DNA of 64,000 bases, taken from Bigelowiella natans CCMP2755 (taxonomy: Eukaryota > Protista > Cercozoa). Positions 30,776-44,808 of this stretch are shown one piece after another. Position 1 is the first letter of the stretch. Each line of letters starts with the position of its first letter. The notes below the pieces were generated by a model. The model had not been told where the DNA came from, did no database searches, and saw only the letters and a list, made by a program, of their open reading frames with translations. A program made the position numbers and the translations under genes. The DNA is taken from assembly GCA_000320545.1 (NCBI GenBank), contig ADNK01000041.1:33061-97060 (forward strand). The letters run 5' to 3'.

Positions 30776-31525
30776 CTTGAGTTTTTCTTTCCACAAGCAA
30801 CCCATGTGAATAGCGCGCTCTCCGATGATGCAGGGCGTCATCCAACTTTGTTTTTTTACGGGGCTTGTTGTTACTGCTATCAACCTAGCTACCATGATCG
30901 TTACCAGCTGACGCAGGCTCTTCTGGCTGGACGGGTACTACTTTCGATGCTGTGGTGATGGTTTTTGCCGCTGCCGAATCATCGTTTTCCTAGAGAACGA
31001 AATGAAGAACAAGAAACCAGACGATTAGGCAGAAGAACGCAGAGCGAGATCCGTCGTGGAAGTGATGACAGAAGAAGAAGAAGAAGAAGAAGAAGAAGAA
31101 GAAGAAGACAGCGGAGGATGGGAAAGAGACTAAACTCCGTTCTTTATTCCAAGACAGACACTGCATTATTTCTCAATAGACCTGCGGCTTTGGCACGGTC
31201 TTGTCTAGGTCAGTATTGGGGCTGGTTTGAGGCGTAGCTTCTTTCCGCGGTATCGTCTTTCCAGGATCCCCTCCCCCCCCAGCTCCCTCTCCACTGACAG
31301 TAGCAGCAGCACCCCCCCCTTGTTGTTCCTTTGGATTCTTCTGTTTTATGATCGTTTCTCTATCACCGCTTGCCACCGGCTGGACAGATGGCTTAACGGC
31401 AGTATCTGCAAGCTGCATGAGGGGTGGGGGAGAGAGTAAAGAAAATACGACCATTAAAAAAATGCATGCTCCCGTCAGATTGCCACATATCGCTCATCAA
31501 GTATTCATACACGCAGAGAGAGGGG

Positions 31526-31567
<42 letters not shown>

Positions 31568-32610
31568 AAGGAATTGTGTGCGTGTATGTACTTCTGAGCG
31601 TGTATGAGTACCCATTTTATTCAAAAAACATTGCGCAATAGACCTTAGATTTTGGGTCTTGCTGTCTGTTCGCTGGTGCTGGGGGCTGTCAAGTGTTATA
31701 CGTAATAGTGACGGTTATTATTGTTGGAGGCAGTTATTTGCACTTGGAGATTGGAACGACGTGAAAGAGACATCAAGGATGATATATGAAGGATAAATCC
31801 ATGAAAGCAAACAAGCAAGAAACACACACACACAAACACAAAAGAGAAACCTTTTTCACATCGACATCGTCCAGTTCCAAGTCAAAATCTGTTACAATAC
31901 GTGCATGTGTATGTGAGGGAAAGTAGCGGGGGTAATGCACAGGATAAAGTCGCAATGAACACCAGGATTATGCTGTAATCGATAGAGAAATGTGTTGCAT
32001 TTGCTGCCTGCACCTCTCATACCTCCCCCCCCCCCCCCACACACACATAAACACTGATAGAACATGCGTGGCAGCATCTGCATAGTATACACGTGTATGG
32101 ACGTCAGTTCCCAACCTCCTGCGTCTTCAATGCCGTTCGAGTTTATATCCATCTGAATCCCACCCATATCTTTCTCCGTCTGATCATACATCAAGGATAA
32201 AGAAGAGGAGGTGGAGGGGGAGGAAGAGGAAAATCACAAGCTTCATTTAAGTTTCTCATCCTCATTATCATCGTCAATACCCGCATCATCATTATCATCA
32301 TAATCATCACACGGACGAATACGCTGCGACTTACCAAGCAATCTAGCATTGCCTCCGAGATGTTCTTCGACACTTTGTAGACAAAAATACCTAACCGGAG
32401 AATAAAGCTGGCTGAGTATTCGTTCAGTGCGGCGAGGCTGAGATCTCTCCCATATTAAGTCAGTGAGGTTATATCTTACATCCGTCTTCGGACGCTGAGT
32501 ACATCGATTTGCAATTGGAGGAGAACCGGATGCGAGTGGCCACACCGCCGTGTCCTATTCGTCGATTTGTCGGAAGTGCGTCGTCGTCCAATGGCACATC
32601 ACACACGCAC

Positions 32611-32652
<42 letters not shown>

Positions 32653-33891
32653 GCCATGGAGGAAGAGGGGGGGGGGTGGACAGAGATCAGCGGAGGATGA
32701 AGAGGGTAACAAACATTCACACTTTTTCGACAATATGTAAAGGTGGGCGAAGGTGACAAATATATCTCACATAGCGTGCTCTTCCGACATATGCAATGCG
32801 CGTGTGGCTTTACCCATCGACTTGGAAACCTGCTTTCCGTTGAGCCAATCCACAATCCGAATCGAGTTGTCGTCGCAGGATGCCGCCACGAACAGGGCCG
32901 AGGGGTCAACGTTCACCCGTACAACGCCGACTGTCCAGAGAATATAATAACAAGAGCGCGAAGATGGGGGGAGGAATGGAAGAAGAGGGAAGAAGTAAGA
33001 TGGATGCTAACGCAACCACTGCATTTACTCTCTTGTAGACAGGAAAAGCGATTCTGAAGACCCAGTAGTCTCTGTCTCTGTCTCTCTCCATAGAATGTGC
33101 TCACAAAATGAACGAATCCTCTTCCATCGAATCAAAATCTTATATTCGGCACCACCAGCACCTTTTCGCTTTGGATGCACTGGATACGCCTTGACCTCTT
33201 TCCCTGTAAACTGTGGATGACCGAGGGTAGGTAGTAGTACAGCACAGAGGAAAGTCAGAGCAAACACATTCACTATGATTGTGAGCTTGCCATTGTCTGT
33301 GCGGGCGATTTCATTGTTCTTATGATGCCCATGCTCTGCTGCTGCTGGTATTGTGATGATCATCATCCACCAACCAGTCCAAAGATGTGGAGGTTTCCGT
33401 CCGACCCAGCCGTCACCACGTAGCGACCGTTCGGGTGTAAGTCCATGCCACTCAACTGCTCCCGGGTCAGCGGTGTGGGGAAGGGGGGGGGGAGGGTCAC
33501 AAGAGAGGGAGGGAGGGAGAGAGAGAGAGAGAGAGAGAAGGACGAGGGGAAGAACTCAGAGAGAAACATGAAAATCGTAACGTAGTAACTTGGAGAACGT
33601 CGAATGATGGATGCTTGCTTACAGACTCAGTCACATATACAGACGCAAACGCGAATGATGTCGTATTACCTCGCACGTAGCCTTAACGTTAAGGTCAAAC
33701 TTAACGTTCGCCGCCTCTTCTCCTTGCTGAGCGGAACTATAGACATTTATTGTGCCATTTCGAGCACATGTCATCAACTTGCTCCCGTTCGGAACGAATA
33801 GCCTAGTGCAGATTACCACAAACAACACGCGAAAAAAACAGTGAGGCGATTGCAAGTACGACTCTTCCCTACCCTATCTACACCAAGCTAA

Positions 33892-33931
<40 letters not shown>

Positions 33932-34399
33932 CAACAACAACAACAACAACAAACATAACAGTGCTCATCATCACTCATTCACCCGCCGATAAGAGGGTGC
34001 CCTCTGTCGTCCTCAGGGACATCGACAGACTGAACCAAATCCAACTGCAGGAGAAAGAAAGAAAGAAAGAAAGAAAAGAAGACGAAGAAGAAATAGTGAG
34101 ACCATGCGCATAGTATTCCTCGCTTAATCTTGTGTAAGGCATACCTCGTTTTTCCTCGAGAGATTATAAATCCGCACGTTTCCATCCTACATTCGTCATT
34201 AGGACTCAATACACCGTTTGCGGGGGACGCCAGCGTTCGCAAGCAAGAATGTATCGCTCGCGAGTGTGTTTCTTATTCCGTCTTCATCACCGTTTTTTGG
34301 TTTGTGTGTTTGCCTTTCTATTCCTACCGACCTCGTCTGTTGTGGCCACTTTGCGGATTTCCTTCATGTCACCATCTGCACAAGCCAACGAATGTGTGC

Positions 34400-34434
<35 letters not shown>

Positions 34435-35443
34435 TGTTTGTGCGTGGCCATCGACATATTCCACTCGACCTCGGTTTTCATCCCACAGTTATATGTTAAA
34501 TGCATTGGCCCGTTGCGCGTACTCCCCCCCCCCCCCCCCCTCGTCGCCTGCTTTCAACATCGTACCTCCGGCTGGTTGCCCAACAGCAGCTGCATGGCTG
34601 ATCCCTGTAAGAGGCTTGCCTCCCCCACCACCAGATTCTTCACCCAGCACATCGAGTTTCTTGCGACCCAGCACGTGAACCTTGCCAGATGACGTTCCTG
34701 CGACCAAGATATCGCTCTCCCCGGGTACCTGTGACGACGACGACGACAGCACCACCACCAGCAGCAGCGGTAGGAGTATTATTTGATGGATAATGGTGGA
34801 AATATATTGCTGCTGCTGCTATTCCCTGATATGGGCTCTCATAGCGCTCCTCTCTGTTACGATACCCACCTGGTCCATGCAGGTTATGGCAGCAGACATC
34901 GGAAGAAATCGCCGAATGAGCTCCTGCCCCTCCTTCTCACTTTCATGAGTCACGTCCCACACGCGAATCTGAGGGTGGAAACGAGGGGGTGAGGCATGAT
35001 GAACCGGATGATGGCGTCTTTGAGCCAAGATTTGTATTGTTACCGATCCGTCGGAGGAGGACGAAACCAGCAGCTCGGTGTCGTCATTCCCTGTAGTCTG
35101 TAATAGCGCAGAGAGAAAGGGGGGGAAGGGGTGGGGCAGAGGAAAAGAGGAGGTAAGGAGGAAGGAGAAACAACTATCGGACTCAACTTCGACTGCGGAC
35201 AAGCAGCACGGCAAGAGACAAAGTAGCGAGGGAGAGAGTAAGGGAGGAAGAGTAGTGACAAAATCTTCGCTGAGTCTCACGTACGTCTTCCTCATGAACG
35301 AAGAGAAGCTCTGATATAGCGCCGGAATGCGACTGAAGAGAACGCACTGCTTCGACGGGTTTTGCTGTTGAAAGAAGAGCAGGCTTACGACGTGGTGATG
35401 GAGACCCGGGCGACATTCAACGACCGTGAGACGAATGTTAATG

Positions 35444-35478
<35 letters not shown>

Positions 35479-36369
35479 CTTTTTCCTTCTCTCACAAACG
35501 TTGTACTGCTACCCTTTGGATCCGAGATGTCGTAGAAAACAATATCTGAACAGAGAAAGGAGGAGGGCGTATTATGTGGCATGCCCTTGAATGTACTATA
35601 ACAACGAGGTGATTGCGTATGCACGCACGGGGCGCGCACATCACGTAGTCCGAATAATGTGTGTGAGTAATGATAGTGCTGCCGAACCTCTGCTTTTATA
35701 CAACGCGACTAATCGTTTTGAGTCTTGACTCAGGAAGCATCTAATGGCGACAAAGAAGCAATAAACCAATGAATCGTATTTTGATTATGAAGAAAATGAG
35801 CAGTCGTGCCACCATCATAACATTGCATTGCATTGCATTGCGTGTGTGTGTGTGTGTGTGTGTGTTCAGCCCTCTGGCCAAACTTTGTTAGAATCATAAC
35901 ACGTACTTACCCGCACACATCGAGAGACGAGCCGTCGGTGGTGAAGGACGGGGAAGGTAAGGTTACTTTTGTGGTCACACACAGGCAAAACAAAGCAAAA
36001 GGAGGGATAGTAAGGACTTTGCCAGTGAAATTAACTCTACGAGATCGCATTTGTCCTTACTTATGAATTTTAGTTTTTTAGGCTCAAAGAGTCGCAGTCT
36101 TCCTTTCTGCGAATTCAAAAAGCAAGCAAGATAAATACCCTCAGACATGCAATTAATATTGGTAGTGCTGCTGTATCGAACCTTGCCACCGATGGCGAGA
36201 TATTTGTGCGTGACGGAAAGGCAAAATCCTTCGCCCTTGAGACGCATATCTACCCACTGAATTATTCTCCACAAAATCTCCAAGACCTGTTGGAGAAACA
36301 ACTTAGTATCCTAAAATTTTCGCGTTACATTAAAAATATATAGTTTTTATTGAATCTCCAAAATTTTCG

Positions 36370-36422
<53 letters not shown>

Positions 36423-36580
36423 CGTATAAAGAGATAGGCCTGCTGCTGCATGCATAAATGCTGCAATACAAGAGAGAATGCGCTTGATTACTTTGGCTGT
36501 GAGGGGCTCCTTCTGCGCCATGAACAAAATTCCGCCAGAGCTCAGCACATAGATTGATGGCTCAGATCCAGGCTCTTCGC

Positions 36581-36617
<37 letters not shown>

Positions 36618-36937
36618 GGGTGTCATCAGTATATACGCATGTGTGGTGTGAATTACCGGTGAGAATTTGAATAGAGACAAAAGTTTTGTCGCCATGAGTT
36701 CTCAAATCGATTTTTTCTCCTGAGGTGCAATGGAAAGGCTTATGAGGAGGAAGTAACCCATACACGCCAACCACCAACAACACCGTTCTGCCCTGCGACA
36801 GCTTCAGCTACCTGCGATATCACGAACTCCATTTCCTCCTTTGTAATCCATTTCGTCCGATCCCAATATCTTCATTTTAAGTTACAATCATTGGGTCACT
36901 CACAGGGAAGTGAGGAGGATCAATTCCTTCAAATCGA

Positions 36938-36979
<42 letters not shown>

Positions 36980-38329
36980 TAATATATATATATATATAAA
37001 TATGTTATATTTTATGTCAAATTCATACGAGTCATCTTAGAAACACCTCATCCATCGTCCATAAGCTAATCCAGCCTTTCCCTATTGGATGAGAGAAAAA
37101 CAGAAATAATAAGGGCCTCCATACAGATTTTACCACTCTCTCTGCCGACTACTATAACATCTGGTGGCGGCATCAAATTACCGCAACAAGCAAAGAACGA
37201 GCCACTTTCGTCGAAGGCACTATCCAGTGGCGCTGTCTCTGTATTATGCGAAACAATTTTGGTTATGTCACCATTCGATTCAACGTTAATGGATATCAGA
37301 GGTGAACGTACCCGGCACCGTGGAGAAAACCATCTTCTCGCTCTCCCACTCCCTGGATTGCAATTGCAAGAAACACTCGCATAAGGATTCAATATATGCT
37401 GCATTTTTTATTTTATTAAGTTGGACCATAAGATTATTCTCCCGGCCTTTTCGGTTGATAGCAGATACTGCAAATATCCGAATATGTGGTCAACGGTAAG
37501 ATGGCAATATACAGCGAGTCGAAAGCACAGATACCTTGCCGTCGGGTGAAAATTTGAGAGAATTGATGGTCGAACGATGACTGTGTTGGATCGGAGAGTA
37601 ACCGTTAGCGCTCGTAGTTGTGACATCATCATATACATCATCATGCTATGTCGGTTGTACCCAGCCAGCTTACAGATTCTATGCCCACCGAACAAATCCC
37701 ACACGATTACTTTAGCATTTTCTCCAGACTGTCAATAATGAAAAGGCATAAGCTCTGCATTTTCCACGCTCTCAAATAGCTGCAAGTACACGACCCATAT
37801 GCGAGTCACTGACCTCCCCAACTGCAAGGTATCTTCCACTCTTCGAATAAGTCAGAGATGCAATTGGCGATTTGCAGGCAATGATTACTTTTTCCTGTTC
37901 GATTGTTTGTCCCGCAGGTTGAGATAAAAGGCGCAAATTATCAATAAATATGTGAAAACCCATCCCGCAGGTCCCCTCTCCTTCGTTGCCATACCTGCTT
38001 ATTGAGTCGGACGTGGTAAAGGACCACCACGCAGCCAGCAGGGTATGCGATCTGCGAACAGAATTCAAAAAGAAGGATCAATAAAATACTAGAACCAAGC
38101 ACTTTCTCCAGGCCTGCTACTGCTAATCTCAAACCTGTGGCACACTCGGGTTGATTGCCAGTGCATTGGCGTTTCGGGCAGTGTTGCCAATAACCCGCGA
38201 CAGTTGAACCTGGGGGGCGGGAGGGACCGGAGAAATCAAGCACTACACCGATTCTTATGTAAATTTGGGGGGAGTGTTGGGAGGGGGGGGGCGAGGTTAG
38301 TGCAATACGACCTCAGCCTTCTTTGGCAT
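24420..38329 (-). CDS. WDR62: WDR62/MAPKBP1-like WD40-repeat protein, about 14 kb with dozens of exons
   Basis: MPKKAE|VQLSRVIG..|IAYPAGCVVVLY..|SGRYLAVGE; later MDLHPNGRYVVTAGSDG, VDPSALFVAASCDDNSIRIVDW and GHGGVATRIRFSSNCKSMYSASEDGC..; C-terminal ALEKYSSKL. The 3' end is uncertain (about 24420-24800). Confidence 0.82.
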
Positions 38330-38697
38330 CGGATCCAGGTCCTCGTTACAGTTGGGAAGGACTTTTTGTTGTGGAGGTCGATCTTGGAACGTTCCCTCAG
38401 ATGCAAAGTAAGTCGAACAAGGGGATGTTCGCAATGTGCGACATCAATTTCTGCATGGAATATTAAATAAATCTCTGGCGATCAGTGGGTTACTGTTTGG
38501 CGGGAAGTCATAACTGTTTTCAGCCCAATGCCTCTGCGCGACTGGGCTCAGTTCGGTTGGGTTTCAATTTAAGAAAAACCCTCTTGATCTTGTCCCAAAA
38601 TGTTAGTCGATTCGTTGTCGCTAACTTCAGTCGCTAATAAAAGAAAGGCACACAACGAGCGAGTCGGACGAAGCTGTGAACCGTCTTCCGACCGCGC
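38330..38697. promoter_or_regulatory. Probable bidirectional promoter, WDR62/P4H
   Basis: 368 bp between the divergent ATGs. Confidence 0.55.
38496..38506 (+). promoter_or_regulatory. E2F-like site TTTGGCGGGAA upstream of WDR62
   Basis: Matches the TTTSSCGS consensus, about 170 bp upstream of the WDR62 ATG. Confidence 0.5.
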
Positions 38698-40399
38698 ATG
38701 GCGAACCTTCCCCGTTCGTCTAAGCGTAGGATCCGACAGACACGCTCTAGATCTCAGGGGGGAAATGGGAGGGTTTTTTGGGTCGGTAGTGCGCTGGTAG
38801 TTGTCGCCATCGCAGTAGTGATTGCTGCGTACATGCCTCGGAAGTCTGCCGAGCCAGATTCGTGCATCATAAAGGTTTGTGGGTTTTGGTGATTTGTATG
38901 CGCATTACGTTAGAGTACCTGCGTATGTGTTCGAATAAAATCTTACAGCCATCGTTATTGTTTTCTTTTAAGGTCCTCGATGCAAACGGAGTGGATCTTG
39001 GCGTAATAAACTCTAGCAATGTCTCAACATCAGGGAGATTCAAGTACTACGACAACCAGGGCATTATCGCAACTGCAGACACGGCATGTGCTTCCCACAA
39101 TCAAATCTTGTATAGATATATGAGCGAGGAAGGCAGGCACTTCCTTTGGCCGGCGCATAGAATTGGTGAGATTGTCGAGGTGCAGAAAATCGATGCCCCA
39201 TTCACGGACAAGCCTGTCACGCTCGAAGTTTTAAGTTCTCAACCCAAGGTATTTTGTTTGAGTGATGGAAAATTCGTGTGAGACCCCAAAAATCTATTCC
39301 TGACTATTGAGAGGTGGCCATTTCATCATTCAGGCTTGTGATTTAATTTACAAACTTAGGTGTTTCTCCTGAAGAATTTCTTCAGCTCAGAAGAGGCAGA
39401 ATATCTCATTGCTCGAGCGACAGACCCTAGAAATCCCTATCGCCTGAGAAATTCAGTAGGCATTTAATATATAGAATTATACTTCTTGTAGTTAACACGA
39501 GGAAATTTGCATACCTTTCGTCTGATCAGACGACTGGTGTGGAGGACTGGAACAATGGAGGTGTCGATAGTTTCAGCCGCACCCGTACAAGCGAAAATGC
39601 CTTTGATATTGATTCTCCCGTCGCAAAGCGTATATTCAAGCGAGCGCACGAGCTGCTGCGTATGAAGTTCGACATGTGCCAAGCGGACGGTCTTCAAATC
39701 GTGAGGTACTCTCCGCGGCAAGCCTACAACAACCACTATGACTACTTCCACGTCGGCGAGGCCACTCAACAGGGGGAGTTTAATTTTGACCCAAAAAGAG
39801 GTGGAAGCAACAGGTATTGCCGATCTGATATTGTTGGTTGTACGCATTTACTTTTCGGTGTTGAGGATGGTGCCTATTCAACTAGGTTTGCGACGATATT
39901 TCTGTACCTAAGGTTCGAACATCGATGATAAGAATGGAGTTTCCAAAGTAATAAGCTTAATGAAAATCCATGTTCTTTTTATGTTGATACAGTGATGTAG
40001 AGTTAGGAGGCCAAACAATATTTCCATTAGCGGATGAAGGATCACGTCCTGTCGACGCAACGATCCCTGAACAAATTGAAACTCTGTTCCCTTCAGATAG
40101 TTGGCAAGTACGTGTTGTCCCATAACTCTTTGAAAAAGGCTTTCGTTTACGTGACTAGGCTATCGTCCTACAGCTCAATGTGATATTTGAAACCTACTTT
40201 TTGTCAGTACAAGATGGCAAAAGATTGTTACAAAAAGTTTTCTGTCGAACCAACGCAGCTTTCGGCGGTATTGTTCTACAATCAAGATTCTAATGGTAAC
40301 TTGGACAGCAGATCTTTGCATGGGGGCTGTCCTGTAATTTCGGGCACCAAGTGGGCCGCGAATCTGTGGGTGTGGAACAGCTGCCGATATGGAATGTAG
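38698..40399 (+). CDS. P4H: Type II membrane-anchored prolyl 4-hydroxylase (2OG-Fe(II) dioxygenase)
   Basis: N-terminal TM segment FWVGSALVVVAIAVVIAAY. Motifs SRTRTSENAF, LQIVRYSPRQAYNNHYDYF (HxD), RFATIFLYLSDVELGGQTIFP and SLHGGCPVISGTKWAANLWVW. Confidence 0.93.
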
Positions 40400-41292
40400 T
40401 CTCATGCTAATTGTAAGTGCTATGAGTTACATGTCAGGCGCAAATTTGGGATGATGTAAATTCAACATGCACGTGGTGAGGAAAATCAATGACGCCTGCA
40501 TCATTGTGTGCTCTGTGTCATTCATATCTGAATCATGCTTTGCACTCGTTTTGTGGTGACTGCATGATCGATGAGTTGGCCACATCTAGCAGACATCCGA
40601 GCGCGGTGGAGCTGCGCTGACATCCTCAATGCGAGCAAGCTGAGCTACCTGAGTGCAATTGGGCGTCTGCATGCAGCACTCCTCGCCAACTCGATGCATG
40701 ACCATGCGCTGCTGCAGGCTGCAAACACACATGCTAGCATGTCTAGATGTGCTTGTCACTGTCACGTGCTTGTGTCGTGTGGCGCGCACGAGTCTAGCTA
40801 GCCAGGCGGAGTGGGCACGTTCACAAGACACGTGTCTTTTCATGCATGCATCGGATCGCACTGGCGCACGCAAACCGCTAGCCCTACTAGCCTAGCTAGC
40901 TAGAGTCGCACTAGCGCAGCAGTGCATGAACGTGGTGCGTAGCAACAGCAGCAGAAGGAAGAAGTGCGAATGACCCCGAAGAAAAATCCGCGTCACCGAG
41001 AAAAATGCATGGTAGGCCATTTTGTAGGTGATTGCGATGCACAAAGCTAGAAAGGGTGCGAATAATTTTCAGTGGGAAAATCCAAGATCTACATTCATTT
41101 TTGTAGATCTTATTATTTAGGCAAACTATTGGGGGATTGTAAGGAGATAGCAAATTAAAGAAGACAGAGGAAGAAAAGTCGACGGGTAGTCATAAGCATT
41201 TCATGCTAAACGACAAGATATTCTAAGTTGTAGCGGAAAGATTAGCCTTGATTTTTGTCCGTGACGGGCGCGGACGTCGAAATGGCAGTGGT
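40400..41292. other. Spacer enriched in CTAG/AGCT/TGCA/CATG (core about 40450-40930)
   Basis: CATGCTAGCATGTCTAGATGTG at 40730-40751 and ctagcctagctagctagag. Confidence 0.7.
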
Positions 41293-41699
41293 TTACTCGA
41301 ACAGCTGGTTGTAGTTTAGGTGGTACAGGGTATCACCAATGACTTCAGCAAAAGAGATCAAATTAGGTGCTGTGTTATGTCGTAGTTTAAAATTATCATG
41401 TATTTTTCTATAACATATTTGTCAATAAAAGTTTCTTAATATTTCTGCATCATGTACTCGGATACATAATCTGTCCCACTCCTTGTCCGCCCATCCGGTG
41501 AATACAGATTTGAGGAACACATCTGAGCCATGGTCATATCTTTTCGCTGTATTACCTCAATATTCGTTGACCCGTTTCACTTTCTTCAATATCCTCGGAT
41601 ATTTGATTTTAATAAACATGGTTTGCATGATGGTGAATCTCATTCGGCGCTTTACAGGGAGACTTGGTAACACACGATTACAACTCGAGCTACTGTCAT
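41293..41699 (-). CDS. Possible small multi-exon gene of unknown function
   Basis: Minus-strand segments VFLKSVFTGWADKEWDRL and SPNLISFAEVIGDTLYHLNYNQLFE* join through a GT-AG intron. The 5' exons are ambiguous and no family was recognised. Confidence 0.3.
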
Positions 41700-41863
41700 T
41701 TTCTGACCATATTGTTTGGAATTAATCTGAAAAGAACATCCATTGGGTTGAGGCTCCCAACAAGCTTGGTGGAAAAGTCGGTTCCATTCAATTTTACATG
41801 AGATAGATACACCAAAGAACATTCATTAATTATTTTCTCAGCCGAAAAGACGAAGTTTCGAAT

Positions 41864-44767
41864 ATGGAGGATACGTTGTTACGGCTCCGTGTACATTTTT
41901 CAACGAACAAGGAGTGTAAGTGCCTTGCCACAGTACCATCTCTCCTGCAATGCTTCCAAAGGATGACATGTTCTGCGTGGGATGTCATTAGATATCTTCC
42001 AGTCGAGGACTTGACAAAACTGCATCAAACGCTCAAAAATATAGAGAAGGTAGTTGATAGTACAGATATGTAGTAGCTCCGAATTAGGAAATGGCGCTTA
42101 GATTAACTCCTTTCTCAACATCATTCAACAGGAAAGGAAGGAATCCGATATTTCTGCTGAGTTGCCTGGGTAAAGCTAATTTTACGAAACTCACGTTGTG
42201 GTAGTGCCGGGGTTGTTAACTAGGGTTTATCTTTGTACTAGATGGCAAGGAAAATTCAGGATAAAATTCTCAACCTAACTTTCATATGCAGGCTCCAGTC
42301 TCTTTTTGTGGACGGCACAGCAAAAATCCAACAAGGATCCAGGGGCACTCCTGAGGTCCTAGGAAAATGTATGCCTTCTTCTCTCATTGATAGGTAATCA
42401 TATTTAGCAGAAATGAACAAGATTAATCACATTGAAAACAGAAAACCGCCTGGCTGACAGCACAATCTCGTGCACACGCAACATACACACACGCTCTCTG
42501 AATATTCGTATTTGGATCTGCTTTGCAGAGACAATCTCTGTGATCTTGAGGTGCTCGAGAAGGCTGATATTTTCTATCAAATCCGCATGCGATACTACAA
42601 AAACAAAATTTACACCAATATCGGACACATCCTCGTCGCTGTGAATCCATACACTGAGCTCGACTTTGTGGAAGGCCCTTGCAAGGACTCTCCACTCGAT
42701 ACTCTCGGTAGGAATCCATATGAACCCTCTTTCATGTCTCATAGCGTCTCTCTTCTTTCCTTATGGGATCCATTGTCTTCAACTGCTCACCATATTTTCC
42801 TCCTCTTCTTTTCGTCACCCCAGATGCGATCGGGATGTATCACAAGGGCGCCTATACTAACTTCGAAGGTATTCCTCATTGTTCCGGTGTGCATGTTGGA
42901 CCAAATTCTATCTATGTAATATTGATGTACATGCACATAGAGATGGCCGTGTTTTGTGGTCACCTTTTCTTCCCTCTTGCAGGGCTCCCACCGCATATTT
43001 ATGCAGTTGCTGCTCGTGCGTTTGTGCAGTGTACAGACGAAAACAAGAACCAGTAAGAGAAACCCGTAGGAAATGTGATGAAGTAACTAACTCAAACGCC
43101 AGAAGTCCTTGCATTAACAGCTTTTCACTACGTGCTGTGCGTGTACAGATCGGTGATCATATCTGGCGAATCTGGCTCAGGCAAAACAGTTACAACGAAA
43201 CTCGTTCTCAAATTTTTCCAAGGGGTACCTAATGATACTGATGCTAATAGCGATGCTGGTATGATGGTGTGATGATAACGATAACATGGGTGATTCAACA
43301 GCATATTGGGCATTCGCGATGATGATATTGATCATTGATTGTGTTAGACTTTAGTGAGGAACTCATCGAACAATAGCAGTATACTGTGCGATTTGCAGTT
43401 GGACTTTTGAGTTTATGCTCTGTATATGCGCAGATATCATCCAAAAACGCAGCTAAAGAGCTGTTCACTAATGAAGACGATAGTAAAGAAGGCGCAATGG
43501 TGACTAATTTTGTTGTTTTTGCTTGCGCTATGATTTTCATCTTCTTTAGTTTGGATTCGTCCTCATCACCGTGAGAGACATGCCTTCTTCGTTTCCTTAT
43601 TCTGCCCCCCCCTCATCCTATTCCTTGACTACATATTCTCCAGTCAATCGAGGAGAAGATCGCATCTACAAATCCAATCCTGGAGTCGTTTGGAAACGCA
43701 AAGACGCTGCGCAACAACAACTCGTCGCGCTTCGGGAAATGGTGATAGCATTAATTTCAGAATACGTCAAACAAAAAAACAAAAAAATATTAAGAGCACT
43801 CCGCTGCAATAGTATCTTACTGCTGCTTTACCCTATATCCTCCCTAAGGATGGAGTTGCTTATGCATGGGGGTAAAATCCTCGGAGCGAACATTGAGGAG
43901 TATCTTCTCGAGAAATCCCGTATTGTGGCTCCAGGTAGGCCAATCGACGTTGTAGTATGAGAAGTGGCAGTGGGTAGGGTAAGTAGGAGATGGTAGTTGC
44001 CATCATTACATTTTTTAATGTACATATCCTCCATCGTTCCCCCCTTAACCCAACCTCCCTCCCTCATCAGGCAAAGGCGAGCGCAACTACCACATCTTCT
44101 ACATGGTGTGCGAGTACCTACACCGGCTCGATCAAGGCGAGATGGAGGGCGATGATGATGGCGGGGGGGGAGGAGATGAGTACAGCGACGTACGAGAGAG
44201 TTTGCTCGAGATGGGAGGAGATAGAGAAAAACTAGGCTACAGCCTTGGGGACTACAAGAAAGGCATCGTAGAGTACTTAAAACCTTCCAAGGGCAATGAC
44301 GACAAACCATCTCCTGTTTATTATCATGCGGACGGGTGGGATGACGCTGGCATGTTTCAGGAGGTTTTGCATGGCCTCAAGGTACAAGCACATCCTTATA
44401 CTCATCCTAATCGATTCTAAGTTGCTTCTCAACCTTTTTCGTTTTCGTCTGGTCTCCTCATCCTCACCCTCCTCCTCCTCCTCCTCCTCCTCCTCTTCCC
44501 ACCTTCATGTGTCATGTACATCATTCGTCAGTCAACTGGATTGTGGAGGTTCCATAAGGATATCCTGGCTGTAGTTTGCTGCGTGCTCCATCTAGGCAAC
44601 ATCGTATTTGAAGGTAGGTGTTGCTGCAATTATCATCATCGGAACCAACGTGTCTGTTTGGCTATCTCTCTGTCTATGCGCGGGGAGGAGGAGGAGGAGG
44701 CACAGTAGTAGCACTGGAGATAGGCCGAGTAGAGAACTATTGCGCACACTTCATACGAAGAGGGCTG

Positions 44768-44808
<41 letters not shown>

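Noticed and set aside
41560-41580. In-frame TGA on the minus strand (..VNEY*GNTAKRY..), suggesting selenocysteine or readthrough
   Set aside because: It probably lies in an intron; no SECIS or selenoprotein motif was recognised.
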